Assembly: GCA_964247055.1 (NCBI GenBank)
Contig: OZ176057.1
Coordinates: 1,364,001-1,428,000 of the forward strand
Reading direction: 5' to 3'
DNA length: 64,000 nt
DNA from: Paragordius varius
Lineage: Eukaryota; Animalia; Nematomorpha
A model generated the notes under the pieces. It did no database searches, had not been told where the DNA came from, and saw nothing but the letters and a program-made list of their open reading frames with translations. Shown piece after piece: positions 15,356 to 28,465 of the stretch (the first letter of the stretch is position 1; the number at the start of each line of letters is the position of its first letter). The translations under genes were made by a program, and so were the position numbers.

Positions 15356-16012
15356 CTATTATAACAAAAAGACAAATCATAATTCACATCGGTTTGGTAA
15401 AGTTACTGAGAATGGTGATTACAGTCAGAATGGAGTTTAACGGTAAGACCCAACTTTTAAATAAAATAAATTATAACGTATCACAAAAAGTCTTAATTTT
15501 TTACATACCAAAAAGTTACAAAAGATAAATCTAAATAACAATTGCATTCCACTGTTTGTTTTGTACCCAAAACGATAAGTTTTATCGAATTTCAAATCAT
15601 TAAATATTTAGTCTTCTCCATTTATAAAGGAAAAAATTTCACATCTTTGCAGTGAAAAACCTTTTTCAACTAAAATGAACTTTAACTTTAACTGAATATT
15701 AAATTAAACAAAAATCATATATTACGGCTTTAAAACTAAACATAGTGGAAGTGTACAACACAAATTATTTCGCGGGCCGTTTTAAAAAACATATATAGAT
15801 GGGCATTAATAAATCTTTTAAATGTGTAAACACAATAAAATAATTTTTTGTTGTCAAATATATAGATAGACGACGTATTCACAAAAATTGTTTAAGCATT
15901 ATCAATTTTGCCAAAATTTTGCACAAATTATGGATTTTCACGGGCCGCGACAAAGGTCTCAAAGGAGTGCGCATTGGACACCTCTGATATTGAGCAAACT
16001 AAACTTAATCTA

Positions 16013-16285
<273 letters not shown>

Positions 16286-17173
16286 CTACACCCAGGCAAG
16301 ATACATTTTAATTATTTATTGCAATAATGAAAAAAAATGTTTTATAAGTGTATCCTTAAAACTCTTTTTTGTTCAAATTTGTTTAGGTATTACTCATAGC
16401 TAACACCTAACATACAAAATTTATTTTTATTTCCATCATCACATATTATAACATACATGTCTAAACACACTTATTTAGACCAATGCAATATAAACCTTTT
16501 TTGGCTTACAAAACACACTAGTCTCAATAAAACATTTAAAAAATCTCCTATAGTCTACAAATCCATCTAAATTAAAATCGCTAGATAGCACTAATCAATC
16601 ATAAATTTATTCTTTATAACCGTTTCAATTAAATACTTTATTTTAGTGGTCCTTACACTAATGATCGTAAATACTTAAAACACTAAATATTTATATTTGT
16701 AATTATATACTTGACAATCGATCTTACAATTTCGTTCGCATTACTAAAACGCATTGTTTACATTAATCGATATATATGTTTTACAAGGCAATACTTTTTT
16801 TTCAAAAAAAACTGTCTATAAACGTAATCTCACAACTTTTAATCTTTATTATCTTTTCAAGACAATAACTCACTATTAAATACTGATGAGTGCTAACAAG
16901 CACGAAACTAGTCTGCGATTACTATTGACGAAGGGTCTCACATATCGTTTATAATTTCTATTTATACTTTTATTTAATTCTTTTAATTATCCTTTATCGT
17001 TATGTTACGGATTTTAATTGTTATTCTAATCTTAATAGTTTTCGAGCGGTACTACCCCGTAATATAAATCGATACTTTTTGAAAATCTAAGAGTTTCTAA
17101 CGCGTCAGCACATTTTAATTATCCAAAGTTGTTAAATTAACAAGAGTTTTTGTGCCGTATATCTCAAAAATTA

Positions 17174-17354
17174 CAGTAGCGTATGGAGTAAAAGATTGTT
17201 AGAGCAAAATAGAATAAATTAATGTTGTTTTTTTTAAAAAAAACAATCCTAGTTGTAAATACACATATGTATAATGTCCCCTTGTTTTTTTTGAAAAAAA
17301 ACAATTTTTTATTCTATCATATACTAATATTGTTTTACTCCATACGCGCTACTG
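17174..17354. mobile_element. Tc1/mariner-type MITE
   Basis: TA|cagtagcgtatggagtaaaa ... ttttactccatacgcgctactg|TA: inverted ends with TA duplication. Confidence 0.7.
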
Positions 17355-17424
17355 TATTTTGTGTTAAACTCATCCACCATTCTTTATATAAAGTCAAGTA
17401 TTTAAGTTATATATATACCATTTA

Positions 17425-17847
17425 CAGTTCAAATTCACCCTTAAACAATTCAAATTCACCCTTAAATAAATAACATGTTTTTTAAGATTAAAAATTACCT
17501 ATATTTTTATATATTTTAAACAAATAAAATTTTGTTTTTAATTAAAATAATACTGAAAAAATAATAAAAATTATGCCATAAAGATTTACTTTATATTAAT
17601 AATGAGTTATATTAACTCGAAAACACATAATTTATTTTTGTGGTGAATTTGAAATGTTCACGGGTGAATTTGAATTGTTCGAGGGTGAATTTGAATTGTT
17701 CAAGAGTGAATTCGAATCGTTCAAGGGTGAATTTGAATTTTTCACGGGTGAATTCGAATTGTTCACGAGGGTGAATTTGAATTGTTCAAGGGTGAATTCG
17801 AAATGTTCGAGGGTGAATTTGAAATGTTCAAGGGTGAATTTGAACTG
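17425..17847. mobile_element. Tc1/mariner-type MITE with 21-bp subterminal tandem repeats
   Basis: TA|cagttcaaattcaccc ... gggtgaatttgaactg|TA; about 10 copies of ggtgaatttgaattgttcaag in the right arm and 2 inverted copies in the left arm. Explains ORFs 17632..18120 (tail) and 17654..17866. Confidence 0.8.
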
Positions 17848-17886
17848 TAAATGGTATATAATGTAAAATAAAATCAAAAAACTCAC

Positions 17887-18119
17887 TTCCGTAGCCCCGA
17901 ACGGGATCCCGCCCACATAAATTCGTCGACTTTGTCGCGAGGCTGTAACACCCCCTCCTACGCCTACACCCCCGCTAATTCCCAAAGCACCTCCGCTAGC
18001 CGCTAAGCCCGGCATGAGCGGAAAGAGAGAAGCGGACAGTGGGGCTGGGCTCATGGTTGGAGCGGCCAAGCTGGCTAAATGGGCCGTGGGTAAAATGTTT
18101 AGCGGGATTTGACCAGCCA
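17887..18119 (-). CDS. U2AF2: U2AF65 exon 4 (Gly/Ala/Pro linker and RRM1 start)
   Basis: tttatag|(L)AGQIPLNILPTAHLASLAAP...TASRQSRRIYVGGIPFGATE|gtgagt; 233 nt, phase 1 to 0. Confidence 0.94.
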
Positions 18120-19700
18120 CTATAAAAAGGAATAAAAAACAAGTAAAAGTTTAAGAATTTAAAACCGTGAAATTGTTTAAAAGGATAAAAAAATTAAGAT
18201 TGTATAAAAAGGATAAAAATATAAAACGTGAAAAGATACATGGAAAAATTTGTAATTTCAAAGAAAATAAAAAAAGATGTAAAAACCGAAAAAAATGGAA
18301 AATTTAGACAAAAAACTGGCTGGCTAAATGGGCCGTGGGCAACAGCCACTAAAAAAAGGAATAAAAAACAAGTAAAAGTTTAAGAATTTAAAATCGGGAA
18401 ACTGTATAAAAAATGATAGAAAAAAACGTGAAAGGATATATGAAAAAATTTAAAATTTCAAAAAGAATATAAAAGGGTTAAAAACCGAAAAAAATGGAAA
18501 ATTTAGACAAAAAACTGGCTGGCTAAATGGGCCGTGGGCAGAATGTTGAGCGGGATTTGACTAGCCACTATAAAAAGGAATAAAAACCAAACTAGTAGTA
18601 AAGTAAAGTAATATAAAAACCGTGAAATTGTATAAAAGGATGAAAATATAAGCCAAAAATTAAATATATATAAAACGTGAAAAGATACATGGAAAAATTT
18701 GTAATTTCAAAAAGAATAAAAAAAGGTTTAAAACCGAAAAAAATGGAAAATTTAGACAAAAAACTGGCTGGCTAAATGGGCCGTGGGCAACAGCCACTAT
18801 AAAAAGGAATAAAAACAACAAGTAAAAGTTTAAGAATTTAAAATCGGGAAACTGTATAAAAAAGGATAAAAATATAAAACGTGAAAAAAAGATACATGGA
18901 AAAAATTGAAATTTCAAAAAAAAATAAAAAAAGGTTTAAAACTGAAAAAAATGGAAAATTTAGACAAAAAACTGGCTGGCTAAATGGGCCGTGGGCAACA
19001 GCCACTATAAAACAAAAAATTAAAAATCGGGAAATTGTATAAAAAGGAATAAAAAAAGTAGAAATTGTATAAAAAGGATAAAAATATAATACGTGAAAAG
19101 ATGCATGGAAAAATTGAAATTACAAAAAGAATAAAAAAGGGTTAAAAACCGCGAAAAAAATGGAAAATTTAGACAAAAAACTGGCTGGCTAAATGGGCCG
19201 TGGGTAAAATGTTGAGCGGAATTTGCCCAGCCACTATAAAACAAAAAATTAAGAAATTGTATAAAAATGATAAAAATATAATCCAAAAATTAAACAGATA
19301 TAAAACGTGAAATGGATATATGAAAAAAATTGAAATTTCAAAAAGAATAAAAAAAGGTTTAAAACCGAAAAAAATGGAAAATTTAGACAAAAAAACTGGC
19401 TGGCTAAATGGGCCGTGGGCAGAATGTTGAGCGGAATTTGACCAGCCACTATAAAAAGGAATAAAAACCAAACTAGTAGTAAAGTAAACTAATAAAAAAA
19501 CCGTGAAATTGTATAAAAGGATAAAAATATAAGCCAAAAATTAAACATATATAAAACGTGAAAAGATACATGGAAAAATTTGTTATTTCAAAGAAAATAA
19601 AAAAAGATTTAAAACCGAAAAAATGGAAAATTTAGACAAAAAAACTGGCTGGCTAAATGCGTGGGTAAAATGTTGAGAGGGATTTGCCCAGCTAAAAAAC
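18120..19700 (-). repeat. Tandem array (~200-250-bp units) of the U2AF65 intron 3/exon 4 boundary
   Basis: Seven extra copies of the exon-4 5' end with its acceptor at 18317-18348, 18516-18567, 18765-18796, 18973-19004, 19182-19233, 19397-19448 and 19646-19691. Confidence 0.93.
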
Positions 19701-20150
19701 AAAAACAGGGAGATTCAAAAAAAGGAATAATAAAAAAGGTATACATACAATTTTTTCAGTCAAAAGTAACAACTTTTCAAGCAAACGCACAACATATTTT
19801 TTTTTCTTGCGTTTGACGGAAAAAATGTTGCCTTTTTACGAAAAAATTTTGTTTTTGACTGAAAAATTTAACATTTAATGAGTAAAAAATGATAAAATAA
19901 TAAAAATGCGATTATTAAATACAGAAGACGTTCTTTAACCATTTTTTTTCAATTTTTTTGAAAACGGTAAAAGTTTTTCCACATTTAAATATATTTTTGG
20001 AACATTAAAGGCATATTAATTCAAAAACATATTTTTAAAAATTTAAAGCCTCTATAATTATTAAGATGATCAAATTTCAATTATTAAAAAAAATCGTATT
20101 TAGGTAAGTATCTAATGCTGCTTTTATTAAAATTTAATTTGGATTATTAA

Positions 20151-20731
20151 CACTTCGATTCAAATTGGGGTATCTAAATAACCCAGACTAAATTTAAATT
20201 AAAATTTTTAAAAAACTACTGAAGGAAACGGTCCCAATTTAAATTTATGCTTCTATCCTGATAAATATTATATAAATATTCCAAAATATCTTAATAAAAT
20301 TTTGTTTGAAAAAAAAGTTCCATCTCAAACTACTTCGACGCCATTTTCATTTTGCAAAAATTTTGCAAAATATCGTCTTCATTTAATTTTAAGGGTAAAA
20401 CTAAAGCTTATTTTTTATATAAATTACATTTAACATTGATAGAAATAGAGAAAGCGGTTTATTTTGTATTATTTTTTAATTTTACAATTTGACACATGTC
20501 ACGTTGACTAAATTTTTACCTTTCAGTTTTAGCTCAAATTAAGTAATATCAAGTATTTTTAAATAAAATTTTTAATATATTTCAGTTTTTTAATGTTAGA
20601 TAAGTGCAAAATTTTGTCATGGATTCAATTCCTTCCATATTTTTTAAAGTATTTGATTTTAAACAGGCCTGGGGTATCCAACTACCCCAATTTGAATCGA
20701 AGGAATAAATTGAGTGTGTTGTATCCAAGTG
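20151..20731. mobile_element. piggyBac-like MITE (TTAA-flanked), copy in U2AF65 intron 3
   Basis: TTAA|cacttcgattcaaattgggg ... ccccaatttgaatcgaag-spacer-gtatccaagtg|TTAA; homologous copies at 21546, 27886 and 53618. Confidence 0.8.
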
Positions 20732-21106
20732 TTAAGTAAACAGAAAATAAAAAATAATAAAATAAATAAGTCCATATTAATTAAACTCCTAGTAATTTTC
20801 ACTAAAAATTTTGCAAGAATGAATTTAAAATCTTTTGTGGGAAACAAAGATTGATCGTCATTCTAGAAGATGTTTGGAATTGAAGTTAATACATCAATAC
20901 AACCTAATTTTTATTGTCAAAAAAATAATAATTTTAGGAACCAAGATTTAAAGTCCCATTTAAACAATCAGTTTGTGATCTTTTTATATTATATAAATTG
21001 AAATGTTTTCCAATACCTCTTGACAAAACTGTAATTTACAATATTGAAACTTTTTCTTTAAAAATAATTAATTTTTCGCTATTTTTGTTAAAAATGTAAT
21101 TAATTA

Positions 21107-21217
<111 letters not shown>

Positions 21218-21280
21218 TTAAACAAAAGTATGTAGAAAGGTACTTCATTGGCAAATAATAAAATTGGGTAATTAAGTTAC

Positions 21281-21356
21281 CTTTTGTGCCTTGGAGATCT
21301 TGATCTGTCTCTATGTCTATCTCTATCACGACTGCGAGACCTCTTTTTCTTTCGAT
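21281..21356 (-). CDS. U2AF2: U2AF65 exon 2 (RS domain)
   Basis: ttag|(N)RKKKRSRSRDRDRHRDRSRSPRHK|gtaact; 76 nt. Confidence 0.93.
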
Positions 21357-21421
21357 CTAATAAAAGTTTTCAAAATAATATGTTAATTTAAAATTTTAAT
21401 TAAAATAATTGAAAAATAAAC

Positions 21422-21482
21422 TTTTATCCTTTTTGTGGGAATCATCACCGTTTTCGTAATAATCTTTTTCGTTGTCAGCCAT
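21422..21482 (-). CDS. U2AF2: U2AF65 exon 1 (start codon)
   Basis: ATG at 21482, MADNEKDYYENGDDSHKKDK|gtttta; phase 1 fits exon 2 across a 65-nt intron. Confidence 0.85.
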
Positions 21483-21545
21483 GAGTTAATGTAATTTGAA
21501 CGAACAAGAAAAGATATAAAAGGTTGTTTTAAAATTATTTTTTAA

Positions 21546-22083
21546 CACTCCGATTCTAATTGGGATATCATACCCAGATTATAAATTAAAAAAACTACTG
21601 AAAAAAACGGTCCCAATTTAAATTTATATAAAAATATATGAATAAGCCGAAATATATATATATATATATATATATAAAATAGTTTTGAATAAAAGTTCCA
21701 TACAACACTACTTTGGCACCCATTTTATTTTGCAACATTTGTGCAAAATATCGTGTTGATTTTAGACCTAAAATTATAGCTGGTTTTTAATTTAAATCGC
21801 ATCCATTAATAGAAACAGAAAAAGTGGTTTATTTTGTGTGATTTTTAATTTACCAAAACACACATGTCATGCTAAATAAACTTTTACCTTAAGGTTTTAC
21901 CTAAAATAAGGAATATCAAGTAAACATTTTTATATATTTTGGTTAATGTTATAAATATGTAAATATTTGCCATGGTTTTAATTCATTCCATGTTTTATGA
22001 ATTATTTATTTTTTAACAGGTTTGGAGATCCAAATATCCCAATTTGAATCGAAGGACTGAAATAAATATGTTATATACAAGTG
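21546..22083. mobile_element. piggyBac-like MITE immediately upstream of the U2AF65 ATG
   Basis: TTAA at 21542-45 and 22084-87; diverged homologue of 20151-20731. Confidence 0.75.
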
Positions 22084-23400
22084 TTAACTATTGGGTTTTG
22101 AGTTAATATTATTAAGACTAATGAAACAAACGATTAAATTTATGATTCTATCCTAATCAAAATTAAAATTATCTTTATAAATTTTAAGCTCCGTATTCAT
22201 CATATCGTTTTTTTGTCCGCTATGACATGTTTGGGCAGTTTTATATCGCACAATTTCTAAGTTAATATTTAATTATAAAAATTTTTTATTAGATAATAAA
22301 GCTTATATTTTTAAGAGTGGGTTTGAGTCACAATCATAAAAAAACTTTCGATACTTACGGTGTATATTATATGTGTATTATAAAAACTACCGTTCTAGTT
22401 AAGAAACGGAAAATATATAATATGGCCGGCATATTCTATGCAACGTTTTTCTGTTACCCTCTATGTACTTATCGTTAAGAAATATTTATTTATCACATAA
22501 TTATCTGATTTAGAATTCAACTAGGAATTGGTTAAAGCATGCTTGATATTAAAATTTTGTTTAGTCCTTTAAAAATATATTAGGAAATCTTGTTTTAACT
22601 AAATATCAAGATAGATTCATTTAAGTGGGACTTTCCTTGAGATATACCTTTTTTATGCAAAGACATCGGGTGGGGTGATAAAAAAGTCGCACTTGACTTG
22701 TAAGCCAAGCGTGGCAAGTTGAGCAAGATTACTTAAGCAAGTAAGTGCACACTTGAAGATCGGTGATAAAAAAAACACTTAAGTCAAGTTTTTTGCTTAT
22801 GAATGTAACTTTTTTTTACCACCCAATTCAAATTATGCGGGGAATATTTTGAAATTTTACAACGAAAATTTATTGATTAAGGCAACAAAGAATAAATACC
22901 CAATACTATATGCATTTATTGAAGTAAAACTCAAAGTTAGGTATGTTAAAATAATAAATATTAAGATTTTTTAAATATTCAACCCTATACCTATAGTTTT
23001 TAAGAAACCATTTGCCCTTCCACACTTATATTATTTTACTACAAGTGTAACATATTACAGGTATAATACATATATAATTTTAGATTATATCTTAATTATT
23101 TATTTTAAGCAACATTAGTCTCACTAAATAACAATTGCGCTTAAAAAAATTAACAAAGGTATATTTGAGGGCAGGTGATATCTGTAAAAATACAATTAAT
23201 TCAAGTAAAAATATTGGTATAATTATATAGATTGTTAAACGTTAATAAACGTATCTACTTTAATACGCATCCTGAACAACTTTTGTCATTAATTCTGTAT
23301 ATCTATAAATTAAGGTTAATTTATTTTTGAAAATACATATATAACCTTTTAGATTATAGATTTTAAGAAATATCCTTTTATTTGTTAACTGATTACAGCA

Positions 23401-24357
23401 ATGTACATGAACAATTTCAAAAACAAATTGGAGCGCAAAAAAATAGAGTTGGAACATATGAAACGTTTGTTAAGATTTAATGATGAAAGCATCGATTTTA
23501 TAACTTCACAAATTTTCCCTAACGATATTATTGAAAAAAGAGGTAACGCACTTTCACCTAGATGTTGTGTGGAGATTTTCCTCCGTTACATTAGCGACCC
23601 CGGGTTTCAGAGTGGTGTCGCTAATGATTTTGGTGTAGAACGATCAACCGTAACTAAAACAGTATCTAGAGTGGCGGAAAAAATTTGTGACATTGCTCAT
23701 AAATGGATCCGATTTCCATCTGACCAGTTCCAATTAGAAGACGCTAAACAACGTTGGCAGAAGAATCATAAGATGCCAACAGTTATCGGTGCCATAGACT
23801 GTACCCACATCGACATCATGAGGCCTAGAGAATTTGGTGACGAATATATCAACCGAAAAGGCCGTTATAGCCTTAATTGTCAATTTACCTGTGACGGTGA
23901 TGAATTTATAACGAGTTTAAACGTTACAATGCCGGGAAGCGTTCATGATAGCCGGATTTTCCGCAAAAGTATAATACGTTCCTTTTTAGCCAATACCAAT
24001 GCGGCAACTCCATATATAATAACACCATTTAAAAACCCTAACAACCTTTTACAAACGAAGTTTAATACATTCCATGCTAGAGAAAGAATAGTCAATGAGA
24101 GGCTATTTGGTCAACTCAAACGCCGGTTTCCCATATTGCATAATGCGAGTCCATTTCGATACCGCAGTAAATATTATTGTAAGCTACGCCGTTCTACATA
24201 ACATGGCTAAATTTTTAAAGATTTTGATATAGATGATGTGATATCAATTGATTTAGATAATATTAGTAACGATGATGATTGTGAAGATGAAGACAATATG
24301 GATAGTGCTTTGACAGACAAAGAATCTCAGGTCAACAAAAAAGAGATAACATTGTAA
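23401..24357 (+). pseudogene. Harbinger DDE transposase (HARBI1-like), defective
   Basis: GAIDCTHI, YINRKG, PGSVHDSRIF and ERLFGQLKRRFPIL motifs. The GDSGY motif is missing before TPYIITPF, and a frameshift near 24150 continues as DTAVNIIVSYAVLHNMA...* at 24357. Confidence 0.88.
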
Positions 24358-24480
24358 ATGTATTAAAAACATTAAATTTATTATAAATATATTTGCTAAA
24401 AATAATGATTCGTATGGATTATATATATTAATTACATTTTAATATTGGATTGCATTTTGAAAAGATATAATAAATTTATT

Positions 24481-25416
24481 TCATGAATTAAAATTATTGA
24501 GTTTATGTTTCTCTAGCAGTAAAACTTCTTTCTGAAGCAGTAATACTTCATAATGAAGCTCCCAAACTTTAAATTGCATATTGGCTATAGTATTTTGGGA
24601 CACCTTTTCTGATTCTTTAAATATTTTTTTATTTGTAGTTGGTCGCGGCACTGATGTACCTATAATAATTATAATTTACATTTTTTATTACGTCTATAAC
24701 TTTAATATCGAGATTAAAAAAATCAGAGTTGCAATTGTACTATATATGTATAAATATATGGATTATGGCTTACAAGGAATATCATTGGCAATCGTTACGA
24801 TACCACATTCTTTACCACCAGGAACATTGATATGCACTGGATTATGTTCGTAATCCATAATATCCAACATAACCTTCTCATGGGGTAATAACACAATTTT
24901 TTTCTTACCTATGTAAATGGGTAGATAAGGATTTCAACTAAAAATAATATTAACCGAGACTTAGGTGTTTTTATATTTTTTGTGAATGAAATCACGTTTT
25001 GTGATGTTAAAAACTTCGAACATTCTTGCTTATTATTAACTTTGTATTAAAAATACCCCTTAGCATATTTCCTAATCATAAAAAATAATGGGCATAGTGA
25101 AATTGCCTTGATTATGATAAAAAAGGGTAAGCCCGTTAAAAATAATACCCGTTTGACGAATATCCATCTTCTTCTTAAGAGTTGTTTTGATATTTTGCGA
25201 CATTTTTTTCAATTGAGAAATATTAATATCTTCCCCAGTGTCCATCACGAATTCCTGGTGTATGTCTCTCCATACTGCTTCACGTTTTGCTATTGATTTT
25301 GGGAGGAGCCCTTTTGCAAATACAATGGGATATCTATTAAACATAAGTTAGGAATAAAAATATAATAAATTTAAAATTTACTTTTTTAGAATTTCCACTA
25401 ACTTATCTCTATTCAT
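24481..25416 (-). CDS. Harbinger-associated Myb/SANT-like DNA-binding protein (spliced)
   Basis: MNRDKLVEILK|48-nt intron 25334-25381|KYPIVFAK...REAVWRDIHQEF...QLKKMSQNIKTTLKK; later exons KIVLLPHEKVMLDIMD and a coiled-coil-like LHYEVLLLQKEVLLLEKHKLN*. Internal exon borders are approximate. Confidence 0.75.
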
Positions 25417-26984
25417 GAAAAGAATAGAGAATTTTAGCTAAATTAAAAAACGAGTTGAAATATATATAATACTTATATAATATTAAAATTAACTTTTACG
25501 ATTAGCGGTTAGTAATTGATTTATTTTAACATAAGTTGTGTTTTCGATTGGTAATAAAATTAAATATATTTATAGTGACATGTATGATAAAAGCAAATTA
25601 TTTTTTTGTATGTTGTTATATCAATATAAATCAAATACCTTAATAATTTGCTTGATACTATTCATTTACTTCATTTGTTAATTTTTATTGCTAGAAGTAA
25701 AAATTGATAATAATGTATTCGTTTTCTTGTCTTTTTTTGATGAAATTACTCGGAGTGCGATTAGTTTCTATAAAATAAATATTAAATATAAACTTGTGAT
25801 GGAAACTATAATAAGATTCTTTAGTTTAATATTTATACACATTTTGTACAGTTTTTCCAAACTTTCATTCTCTCCACTTTGAATAGGTAAAATTAGTCAA
25901 AATTAGCAAATAAACAGACCAAAGGTTCCAATTACAGATAAAACCTAAATTATATACATAAAAAGTTACTAAAATATTTTTTTCTCATATTTTTGTATAT
26001 GTCAAGTGTGCCCTATACCACACTTGCAATTTCTTCAAGTTTTTCTTCATCATATGATTTTTTATCACCTTCTGTTCAAGTTTTCTTGCTTGACTTAAGT
26101 GCCCTAATGTTACTTTTTTTTATCACATGAAAGCAAGCCATGACTTGAAAAACTTGTAAGCCAAGTCAAAAAAAAATTTTTATCACCCCACCCATCATTT
26201 TTTCCCAAATGCAACATTTTTTCAACCAAACGCGACATTTTTTCAGTCAAACGCAACATTTTTTCAAGCAAAGACAACATTTTTTCAACCTAACGCAACA
26301 TTTTTTCAACCAAGGATGCCATTTTTACTACCAAACGCAACATTTTCTCAACTAAAGACAACATTTTTTCAAGCAAAAACAACAATTTTTTTGCACCATT
26401 TTTTTTGTCTTATGACATTTCTATAATTATTCATTTAATTTTTAAATGACTAGGTAAATTTTAGCGCTTAATTATATTTATTTTTTTATTATAAAAATAT
26501 TTGATGGTAATGATTCCAAACATTTTAATTTCGACCTATTATATTAAATATTCTATTTTATTTAGATCAACTTTATTTTAATATATAAACATATATTTTA
26601 AATATTTGACTTTTTTAATATTTTAAAGAATTGATAAAATAGATAAATACATATATGTTTTACGCAAACTACTCAAGATAATAACTAGCTTAAAGTCTGA
26701 GATTTAATATAAGTTAATATTTGTCATTTTTGATTAAATGCAAATGAAATATAAAAACAGTAAAAAATTACGCATTTTTCATATATACTGATATATGGCA
26801 AAAAGCGTATAGATCTTTAAAAAATAGATTATTTTAAAACTTTAAAATTCGTATGTTGGTAAAATTTCAAAATTAATCAATACGTACCTGGATTTGTCAA
26901 AACAGAATATTATGATTTAGTGTTTTAGAAATAATCATACTAAAAAATTACTCTTCAAGATAAAACAAGATTGCTTAAAAGGGA

Positions 26985-27885
26985 GTGTTTTGTGGGGAAT
27001 GTATAAAAAACGTATCTACTGATTTGGAAATTAACTATAACACCGCCCGAAGCGTAGTTTCTAAATTTAATACCACCGGTAAAATTATCGATAAACCTCG
27101 TGGTGGTCCAAGAATATTAAAAATAAACCAAAACATTACCAATTTGATAGAAAATATAATTGAGCTAAATCCTCTGGCAACCTTAAAAGAACTCAAACAA
27201 TTAATTTATGGACAAGAATAAATTAATATATCTCTTGCGAATATACATCGAGCATTGATTCAATTAAAAATAACGCTAAAATTTACACATAGAGAAATCA
27301 ATAAAGTTAATAATCCAATTAGTATCGATTTAAGGAAAGAATAAATTTTATGGTAGACTAAAAACATTTCAACTATGTCTCATATCATATTTATTGATGA
27401 AACTGGTTTGAATAATCATTTACGCAGATCGCAAGGAAGATCGAAGCGCGGATCCAGGACAAACATTGTTATCCCCACGTCAAGGGGAGGCAATGAGAAA
27501 CGTTCATGCTAATGTATTTAATGAATTTTATATATCTTTATGTGAATATCTAAAGGAAAATAATTATATCAACATAATATTTTTTATGGATAATGCTACC
27601 ATCCATAAAAAAGAAGTAAAAAAGGATATTGCATCTAGTTTTGAGTATGGCAGTCACTTCTTGTCTCCGTACTCATACATGCTTAACCCTATTCAATTTT
27701 CGTTCTCAAAAATTAAATTATACGTGCGTCAACGGTTGTCTGACTCAAATAATAATCAGCAGATATGTGTCCTCCTGGAAGAAGGTGTAAAAACAATTAC
27801 ATCTGATGATTGTAACCAGTATTTTAATAAAATGATGAATAATATGTTTAACGCTGCTGGGGGCGTCCCATATAATCATATTTAA
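26985..27885 (+). pseudogene. IS630/Tc1-like transposase remnant
   Basis: HTH-like INYNTARSVV..KPRGG, then IFIDETG, FMDNATIH and SPYSYMLNPI across stops, frameshifts and an internal deletion. Confidence 0.85.
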
Positions 27886-28465
27886 CACTTGGATACAACA
27901 CACTCATTTTAGTCCTTCGATTCAAATTGGGATAGTTGGATACCCCAGGCCTGTTTAAAATCAAATACTTAAAGAAGTATGGAGGGAATCGAAACCATGA
28001 CAAAATATTGCACTTATATAACATTAATAAACCGAAATATATAAAAAACTTATCAAAAATACTTGATATTACTTATTTTTAGCTAAAACCGAAAGGTAAA
28101 AATTTCGTCAAAGTGACATGTCTCAAATTGCAAAATTAAATAATAATGCAAAATAAACCGCTTTTTCTATTTCTATCAATGTTAAATGTAATTTATTTAA
28201 AAAATTAGCTTTAGTTTTACCCTTTAAATTAAATGAAGACGATATTTTGTAAAAATTTTGTAAAATAAAAATGGCGTCGAAGTAGTTTGAGATGGAACTA
28301 TTTTGTCAAAACAAGATTTTATCAAGCTATTTTGGAATATTTATATAATTTTTATCAGGATAGAAGCATATATTTAAATTGGGACCGTTTTCTTCAATAC
28401 TTTTTTAAAAATATTAATTTTAATTTAGTCTGGGGTATTTAGATACACCAATTTGAATCGAAGTG
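27886..28465. mobile_element. piggyBac-like MITE, reverse orientation
   Basis: TTAA at 27882-85 (overlapping the transposase TAA stop) and 28466-69; reverse complement of 20151-20731. Confidence 0.82.

Larger units (their letters stand above)
22668..26193. mobile_element. PIF/Harbinger transposon (two convergent ORFs)
   Basis: 17-bp perfect TIR gggtggggtgataaaaa, 3-bp TSD ATC on both sides, subterminal GGTGATAAAAA motifs, transposase on + and Myb/SANT gene on -. Confidence 0.93.

Noticed and set aside
17632-17866. Repetitive peptides (FKFTLEHF.., NNSNSP.., GEFELF..)
   Set aside because: Produced by the 21-bp subrepeats of the MITE 17425-17847, downstream of the real exon-4 donor.
18660-19537. 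Four minus-strand Phe-rich ORFs, some starting MAGQIPLNILPTAHLAS
   Set aside because: Translations of the tandem intron/exon-boundary array; the Phe/Leu richness comes from T-runs. Not independent genes.
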